From: Candidatus Kapaibacterium sp.
GTDB taxonomy: Bacteria > Bacteroidota > Ignavibacteria > Kapaibacteriales > Kapaibacteriaceae
Direction: 5' to 3'
DNA: 64,000 nucleotides
NCBI GenBank assembly: GCA_044224925.1
Contig: JBGAJM010000001.1
Coordinates: 113,021-177,020, forward strand
Shown here: positions 57,768-64,000 of the stretch, one piece after another
Layout of the letters: the number at the start of each line of letters is the position of its first letter
How positions within the stretch are numbered: the first letter of the stretch is position 1
Translations under genes and position numbers: made by a program
Notes under the pieces: generated by a model
The model's input: only the letters and a program-made list of their open reading frames with translations
Databases searched by the model: none
What the model was told of the DNA's origin: nothing

Positions 57768-60088
57768 TCAGCTTGACGTTTTCTTTGCGGCCTTCTTCGC
57801 TGCGGGTTTCTTCGCGGCAGTTTTCTTTGCGGCCTTCTTCGCTGCCGGCTTCTTCGCGGCGGTCTTCTTTGCAGCAGCTTTCTTGGCGGCAGCGGGTGAC
57901 ACCTTTGGTGCCTGTTGCGCTGCAAGGGCAAGACAGTCTTCCAACGTCAGCGACGTTGGTTCAGTGCCCTTCGGAATGCGCACGTTCTGCTTGCCAACGA
58001 CCACAAAGGCTCCCCATCTGCCTTTCAGCACCTTCACGGATGGATCTTCAGGGAAGGTCTTGATCGTGCGGTCGATGATGGACTGTCGCTTCAATTGGAT
58101 CAGTTCAATGCCGCGTGCTGCTTCGATGGTATGGATGTCGTCGGTCTTGGGGATCGAATAGAACGATCCTGCATGTTCGATGTAGGGACCGAACCTTCCC
58201 ACCTTCACCTCCATCACACTGCCTTCGAACTCGCCAATGGGACGTGGGAATTTGAAGAGCTCCATGGCCTGTTCGAGCGTGATGGTCGCGATCGACAGCG
58301 TGCCGGGAAGTCCCTTCTGACGTTTGTCTTCGTCGTCCTGATCGCCGATCTGCACAAGCGGACCAAAGCGTCCGAGACGCACCGATACGCGACGTCCCGA
58401 CACGGGGTCCACACCAAGCTCGCGCTCACCGCTTTGACGTTCGGCCGTGGCGCTTGTGAGTTTGAGGCGTTCTTCGAACGGACCGTAGAAGTCACGGATC
58501 ATGTCGTTCCACTTCACATGACCTTGCGCGATCTCGTCGAACTGCTTCTCGACACTGGCCGTGAAGTTGTAGTCGAGGATGCTGTCGAAATGCTTCGTCA
58601 AGAAATCGGTGACCACCATACCGATGTCGGTAGGGAAGAGCTTCGACTTCTCGGCACCCGTGTTCTCCGTTTCGACCACGCGCGAGATCTTGTCGTTCAC
58701 AAGTGTGAACATCCGCACTTGACGTGTCCATCCGTCGCGGTCCTCCTTGACCACGTACTTGCGTGCCTGGATGGTGGAGATCGTTGGCGCATACGTGGAA
58801 GGACGGCCGATGCCAAGCTCTTCGAGCTTCTTCACCAGCGATGCTTCCGTGTAGCGGGATGGCGGTCGTGCATAGCGTTCTTGCGCCTGCATCTGCACCA
58901 ATTGAAGCAATTCGCCAACGCTCAGCGGTGGCAGCATCTTCGAACTGTCCTCGTCCTGTTCTTCATCGGTCGACTCAAGGTAGACCTTCAAGAATCCGTC
59001 GAACACCAACACTTCGCCCGTTGCCGTGAGCGTATCGGGCAGTGTGCTCACACTGATCGTTGCGATCGTGCGCTCAAGCTTCGCATCGGACATCTGTGAT
59101 GCCAACGAACGCTTGTAGATCAAGTCGTAGAGCCGCTTCTCGGGGTCGCCCCCGGGCACGGTCCGCTTCGACAGATCCGTTGGTCGAATGGCCTCGTGTG
59201 CTTCTTGTGCACTGGCAACCTTCGTGGTGTAGTTGCGCGGATTCGAATAGCCATCGCCGTACGTTGTGAGGATCTCTGTGCGTGCGGCATCGATAGCGAA
59301 CTCCGAAAGGTTCACAGAGTCGGTACGCATGTACGTGATATGTCCGCCCTCATACAGATCCTGCGCCAGCTTCATCGTTCGTGCCAGCGAATAGCCCAGC
59401 TTCCTGCTGGCCTCTTGTTGCAGGGTAGAGGTCGTGAAGGGCGGCGAGGGACTCTTCTTGGCGGGCTTGACCTCGAGGGCCGTGATGGCAAAGGATGCAC
59501 CCTTGCAGCGCTCGAGGAAGTCGCGTGCTTCTTCTTCGGTGTCGAACCGACGTGGCAGTTCGGCCACGAGCGACTTGCCGTTCACATCGAAGGTCGCCGT
59601 GACCTTGAACTGACTCGTCGACGTGAAGTTCTGAATGTCGCGCTCACGCTCGACCACGAGACGCACGGCCACGCTCTGCACACGTCCGGCCGAAAGGTTC
59701 TTCTGCACCTTGCGCCACAACACGGGCGAGAGACCATAGCCGACGAGACGGTCCAGCACACGACGTGCCTGCTGCGCATCGACCAAGTGCTGGTCGATCT
59801 GCCGCGGGTGGTCGATAGCGTTGAGAATGGCCTTCTTCGTGATCTCGTGAAACACGATCCGACGTGTCTTCTCGGCCGGAAGGTCGAGAGCCTCTGCGAG
59901 GTGCCAGGCGATCTGTCTTCAGAAACCTCGTAGACCGGTTCGAAATTGCCCTTGGTGTCGATCGCCTGATCGTTCCCCGGCAGGTCTCGAATGTGGCCCA
60001 TGCAGGAAGTGACCACGTATTGGTCGTCCAGGAACTTCTGGATGGTCTTGGCCTTCGAGGGTGACTCTACGATCACGAGATTCTTCAT
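57768..60088 (-). pseudogene. topA: DNA topoisomerase I, disrupted (frame change with about 27-33 codons missing, including the Toprim DxDxE motif); lysine/alanine-rich C-terminal tail
   Basis: Frame A from ATG 60088 gives [37 protein letters not shown]...[10 protein letters not shown] (58 aa), then non-homologous sequence. Frame B opens after a TGA at 59919-59921 and reads [31 protein letters not shown]..., continuing as TopA to 57768. The conserved ...K.VV..L....K.AD.VYLATDxDREGEA... segment between them is absent. The C-terminus is AAKKAAAKKTAAKKPAAKK... Confidence 0.6.
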
Positions 60089-60564
60089 GCTTCGTCGCCT
60101 TTATTGTGTTCGCAGGTGACCGGATCGGGGCACACAGCGAAGATCTGCAGTGAGTGATTGACGGCCGTCATACCGAGGCCCTGGGCCACGCGTTCACCGA
60201 TATCGTCGATGCCGCGCTCGCGGAACTCGACGATGCGCCCGCATTCAACGCAGATCAGGTGGTCGTGGTCCGGCATTCTGCTCGACAGCTCGTAGTGCGC
60301 GCTTTCGCCCTGGAAGCGGTGCTTCATCAGGATCGTGCACTTCGTGAGCAGATCGAGCGTGGAATAGACGGTCGCCCGGGAGATCCGATCTCCCTTGGCA
60401 TTCATGGTCACATAGAGCTCATCGGCCGAGAAATGGCGGTCCATTTCGGCGATCCGATCGAGCACTTTTCCCCGTTCCGGAGTGTTCCGGTATTGCTTCC
60501 GTCGCAGGAATTCTGCGAACTGATGTTTGAGCGTTTCGATGTCGGTTTGTGGTGCCATGAACAT
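60085..60564 (-). CDS. Fur-family metalloregulator
   Basis: 159 aa with a DNA-binding winged helix and metal-binding [15 protein letters not shown]...C motifs. Its stop overlaps the topA ATG (ATGA). Confidence 0.8.
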   Translation of the reverse strand: MFMAPQTDIETLKHQFAEFLRRKQYRNTPERGKVLDRIAEMDRHFSADELYVTMNAKGDRISRATVYSTLDLLTKCTILMKHRFQGESAHYELSSRMPDHDHLICVECGRIVEFRERGIDDIGERVAQGLGMTAVNHSLQIFAVCPDPVTCEHNKGDEA

Positions 60565-60635
60565 CTAATATACGATAGCCCTCCACTTTCGTTAATTTTG
60601 GGGCTGTTTTTCTCCACGCTAACCGGAAATAGCCC

Positions 60636-62531
60636 ATGCGCAAATGGCGGACCGAAGATTCGATGGAATTGTATAACGTCTCAGGGTGGGGCATCGGATA
60701 CTTCGGCATCAACTCGAAAGGCAACGTCGTTGCCGCGCCTCGGAAGGCAAAGGGCTCCCAGATCGACCTCAAGGAACTCGTGGACGAGCTGGTGCTGCGC
60801 GACGTGAGCGCCCCGGTGCTGCTCCGGTTCCCCGACATCCTGGACGACCGGATCGAGAAGATCTCCGGTTGCTTCACGAAGGCGGCTGAGGAATACGACT
60901 ATCACGGCAAGTACTACAGCGTCTATCCGATCAAGGTGAACCAGCAACGTCCGGTGGTGGAAGAGCTGGTCCGCCACGGCAAGAAGTTCAACATCGGACT
61001 GGAAGCAGGCTCGAAGCCCGAACTCCATGCCGTGCTGGCCATCATGGACAATTCGGAAGCGCTGATCGTTTGCAACGGCTACAAGGACGAAGAGTTCATC
61101 GAACTGGCCTTGCTGGCGCAGAAGATGGGCAAGCGCGTCTACATCGTGGCCGAGAAGCTGAACGAGCTCAAGCTGATCAAGACCGTCGCCGAACGCGTCA
61201 AGGTGCGCCCGAACATCGGCATTCGCATCAAGCTCTCGGCCTCGGGCTCGGGCAAATGGGAAGAGTCCGGCGGCGATCTCAGCAAGTTCGGTCTGAATGC
61301 CTCCGAATTGCTGGAGGCCGTGGACTATGCTCGCGACAACGATCTGTTGGACTGTGTGAAACTGATCCACTTCCACCTCGGGTCGCAGATCACGAACATT
61401 CGGAAGATCAAGGCCGGCTTGCGCGAAGTATCGCAGTTCTATGTGCAGCTCATGAACATGGGCTGTGCTGTGGAATTCGTCGACATTGGCGGCGGTCTTG
61501 GCGTGGATTACGACGGCTCCCGTTCCTCGGTGGCCTCGAGCATCAACTACTCCATCCAGGAATATGCCAACGATGCCATCTCGACGATGGCGGACGCGGC
61601 ACAGAAGCACAACCTTCCGCATCCGAATGTGATCACGGAATCCGGTCGTGCCCTCACGGCCCACCACTCAGTGCTCGTCTTCAACGTGTTGGAGACCACG
61701 AGCGTGCCACTGTGGGGTCGGAAGGACAAGATCTCGAAGAAGGACCACGAGATCGTGCAGGAGATGCACAACCTGTTGAACGGCCTGAACACACGCAACA
61801 TGCTGGAGTCGTGGCACGATGCGCAGCAACTGCGCGAAGAAGCGCTTGACCGATTCTCGCTGGGCTTGCTCGATCTACGTTCCCGTGCACAAACGGAGAA
61901 GTTGTACTGGTCCATCGCCCAGCAAGTGTGCGATGTGAGTGCAGATCTCAAGGCCATGCCCGAAGAGTTCCGTGCGCTGCCGAAGATGCTCGCCGACAAA
62001 TACTTCTGCAACTTCTCGCTGTTCCAGTCACTTCCGGACTCATGGGCCATCGATCAGCTCTTTCCGATCATGCCCATCCATCGGTTGAACACCAAGCCCA
62101 CGCGTGCCGCAACACTGCAGGACATCACGTGCGATTCCGATGGGAAGATCGATCACTTCATCGGCGTGCGCGACCTTGCCCACTCGCTGCCCTTGCATGA
62201 CCTTCGCGAAGACGAGCCCTACTACCTTGCCGTCTTCCTTGTGGGTGCCTATCAGGAGATCCTTGGCGATCTGCACAATCTGTTCGGCGATACCAATGCC
62301 GTGCACGTTGTGTGCACCGACAAGGGCTATGAGATCGAACAGGTGATCGATGGTGAATCGGTGGCCGATGTGTTGGACTATGTGCAGTTCAACGCCAAGA
62401 AGCTCGTGCGCACCATGGAGGCATGGGTGAGTGCGTCGGTGAAGGAAAAGCGCATCACCATTCACGAAGGCAAGGAATTCCTGGCCATCTATCGAAGCGG
62501 ACTCTACGGCTACACGTATCTGGAGGAGTGA
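60636..62531 (+). CDS. speA: biosynthetic arginine decarboxylase
   Basis: 631 aa. The SpeA-specific N-terminus (YNVSGWGIGYFGINSKGNV), the PLP-binding Lys region (YPIKVNQQ) and the C-terminal domain match. Confidence 0.9.
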   Translation: MRKWRTEDSMELYNVSGWGIGYFGINSKGNVVAAPRKAKGSQIDLKELVDELVLRDVSAPVLLRFPDILDDRIEKISGCFTKAAEEYDYHGKYYSVYPIKVNQQRPVVEELVRHGKKFNIGLEAGSKPELHAVLAIMDNSEALIVCNGYKDEEFIELALLAQKMGKRVYIVAEKLNELKLIKTVAERVKVRPNIGIRIKLSASGSGKWEESGGDLSKFGLNASELLEAVDYARDNDLLDCVKLIHFHLGSQITNIRKIKAGLREVSQFYVQLMNMGCAVEFVDIGGGLGVDYDGSRSSVASSINYSIQEYANDAISTMADAAQKHNLPHPNVITESGRALTAHHSVLVFNVLETTSVPLWGRKDKISKKDHEIVQEMHNLLNGLNTRNMLESWHDAQQLREEALDRFSLGLLDLRSRAQTEKLYWSIAQQVCDVSADLKAMPEEFRALPKMLADKYFCNFSLFQSLPDSWAIDQLFPIMPIHRLNTKPTRAATLQDITCDSDGKIDHFIGVRDLAHSLPLHDLREDEPYYLAVFLVGAYQEILGDLHNLFGDTNAVHVVCTDKGYEIEQVIDGESVADVLDYVQFNAKKLVRTMEAWVSASVKEKRITIHEGKEFLAIYRSGLYGYTYLEE

Positions 62532-62547
62532 TCGCGAAAGCGATCAC
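62528..62547. terminator. perfect palindrome GTGATCGC-GAAA-GCGATCAC between the convergent speA and rqcH-like genes (possible bidirectional terminator; no U-tract)
   Basis: 8-bp stem with a GNRA tetraloop. It overlaps the speA stop codon. No T-run follows on either strand. Confidence 0.3.
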
Positions 62548-62557
62548 AAACTCGCGA

Positions 62558-64000
62558 TTACTCAGCAGAGCCCGCGGGTAGCGACGGCGAGACCATGATC
62601 ACGCGTTCCCGCTCGAGCGTGACGGCGCCAACGTTCGCACCCTTGGGCTTGCGAACGTACTTGCGTAGCGTGTAGACCACGGGCGTGTACGATGCATTGC
62701 GTGCATTGGAGTAGTACGCGGCGATCGCTGCCGCCTGCTCGAGGATCTTCTTGGGCGGATGCTCCGTGTCGGGTCCACGAAGAATGGCATGCGAGCCGCT
62801 CACACCGCGCGCATGGAACCAGAGGTCGTTCTGCTTCGCAAAGCGCATCGTGAGTTCGTCGTTGTTGGCGGCACTCTTCCCAACGTAGACGGTATGGTCA
62901 TCGTCGAGCACGAAGACGCGATACTTCTTGACAACGTCGTCGGCACTGACGGCGTTCTTCTTCTTGGGATCGGGTGCAGTGGTCATGGTGTCGATCTCAT
63001 CCAAAGTTGCTGATCGCAAACGCTCCAACTGTCGCTCAAGCTGTTCGCATTGTTTCTGCAGTGCCGGCAAACGAATGGCACGCACACGTGCCGCCTCGTC
63101 CGATGCACGGGCCTTCGCAAAATAGGCGTGGGCGTTCTCGATCACGGTCTTCCTCGCATCGAGGGCAATGGTGAGCATGGTGCCATCGTGGTCCTCGACG
63201 TCGATGCTCGTCCGTCCGGTATCGCGACTCACCGGCAGTGAAAGGAGCAGAGAGCCTTTGTGCCGATACAGCGTGGACCGATCTGCTGTGGCCGCATCGC
63301 TCGTCATGCCGCGAATGCTTCGTTGTGCTCGATGGAGCTGACGTTCCACATCGTCGATGGCCTTCTTGCGTTGTTGCAGGATGCGCTCGATCGATCGACG
63401 TCGACCGATCACCGTGCGTAACATCATGAAGATGTTGTCGGAGGTGCGCACCACGTCGTAGCCTTGCAATGGAAGCAACGAGAAGACCACGTCGGTAGAG
63501 CGTTGCAGCATGTAGTACGTCGACGTTGCACGGGCTTCATCACGTACTTTCTCGCCTTGCTCCCATGCCGCCTTGCGAAGACCTTCCTCCATGGCGCTGA
63601 GCGGCGTGGCGGTGTCGATGTTCAATCGCTCGCAGACCTCATGTGCATAGTAGGGACCGAGCAACAACTCGCACGAGGCAAGTGCACGCTCGATGGTGGT
63701 GCTCGTTGGCAGTTCGACGAATGGCGTCGGACGATACGGCGTGATGGTGAACGGTGTGCCGATCAGCTCGCGCTCACGCAGGACATCGGTGATCGTTCCG
63801 TTCTCCACGGCCACGATGTTGCCACGTCCGGCACTGAAGAAGAGCACATGCAATTGATGCGTTGTGAACCACAGCGTGATGATGCGATCGTCGGGATGCT
63901 TCGTGACCATGGCGAGGCTCTGACCGCAGAGAGCGGGGAACACGTCGAGCGTGTTCTTGCGCGCGCGATTGGCCGCATCGTGCATCGTAAGACAGCCCAT
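62558..64000 (-). CDS. RqcH / fibronectin-binding protein A-like (NFACT family) protein; 3' portion, extends beyond the window end
   Basis: C-terminal DUF814/NFACT-R motif (HARGVSGSHAILRGP...) and a coiled-coil middle region. The ORF runs to the last base of the window. Confidence 0.7.
   Translation of the reverse strand: MGCLTMHDAANRARKNTLDVFPALCGQSLAMVTKHPDDRIITLWFTTHQLHVLFFSAGRGNIVAVENGTITDVLRERELIGTPFTITPYRPTPFVELPTSTTIERALASCELLLGPYYAHEVCERLNIDTATPLSAMEEGLRKAAWEQGEKVRDEARATSTYYMLQRSTDVVFSLLPLQGYDVVRTSDNIFMMLRTVIGRRRSIERILQQRKKAIDDVERQLHRAQRSIRGMTSDAATADRSTLYRHKGSLLLSLPVSRDTGRTSIDVEDHDGTMLTIALDARKTVIENAHAYFAKARASDEAARVRAIRLPALQKQCEQLERQLERLRSATLDEIDTMTTAPDPKKKNAVSADDVVKKYRVFVLDDDHTVYVGKSAANNDELTMRFAKQNDLWFHARGVSGSHAILRGPDTEHPPKKILEQAAAIAAYYSNARNASYTPVVYTLRKYVRKPKGANVGAVTLERERVIMVSPSLPAGSAE

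Noticed and set aside
60565-60635. Fur box / riboswitch in the fur-speA divergent region
   Set aside because: No convincing match to the GATAATGATAATCATTATC Fur consensus. No recognisable riboswitch-like conserved structure by eye.

Overview
This is a GC-rich bacterial chromosomal window. Several features point to an FCB-group organism (Bacteroidota/Rhodothermota-like): many secreted proteins end in T9SS-type C-terminal sorting domains, glutamine synthetase is type III, and ileS, a DksA/TraR-like gene and lspA are linked. That placement is inference only.

Most of the window is tightly packed housekeeping genes: nadB-nadA; dxs; ribH; proS; holA; two Dpp/Opp-type ABC permeases; murI; ileS; lspA; an RluA/RluD-family pseudouridine synthase; mtgA; an Lrp-family regulator; type III glutamine synthetase (glnN); fur-topA; speA; an RqcH/FbpA-like gene; and two tRNAs, Lys-UUU and Leu-GAG, each followed by an intrinsic-terminator hairpin that also faces a convergent CDS (the upstream neighbour on the Lys side is of doubtful coding status).

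The accessory content is more interesting:
- An AT-rich island of about 5.6 kb (roughly 9.7-15.3 kb) ends at the 3' end of tRNA-Lys. It carries an orphan WHH-type HNH-nuclease toxin tip whose stop overlaps the start of a putative immunity gene (TGA/ATG), a DUF1629/Imm11-like protein, and other small orphan ORFs. No integrase is visible.
- A DUF1800 / DUF1501 module occurs twice. Both DUF1501 copies combine a twin-arginine signal with a T9SS C-terminal domain. The second copy sits in a five-gene string that also has an OmpA-like barrel protein, a Tat-signal FAD amine oxidase and a lipoprotein.
- A histone-H1-like (KKAA)n gene ends at an A10 homopolymer. A -1 shift there would fuse it to the downstream DksA/TraR-like gene.
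- topA is split across two reading frames. About 27-33 codons, including the Toprim acidic DxDxE motif, are missing. This is either a pseudogene or an assembly error.
- An imperfect 22-bp inverted tandem-repeat pair flanks about 105 bp in the divergent region upstream of the first DUF1800 operon.
- A 7-bp microsatellite (TCGTCAC, 7 copies plus one degenerate copy) lies immediately upstream of the glnN start codon.
- At least six large T9SS cargo genes are present, including a metzincin protease with a PKD domain and SprB-like repeats.

Several very long antisense ORFs in the six-frame track are artefacts of the high GC content and are rejected.
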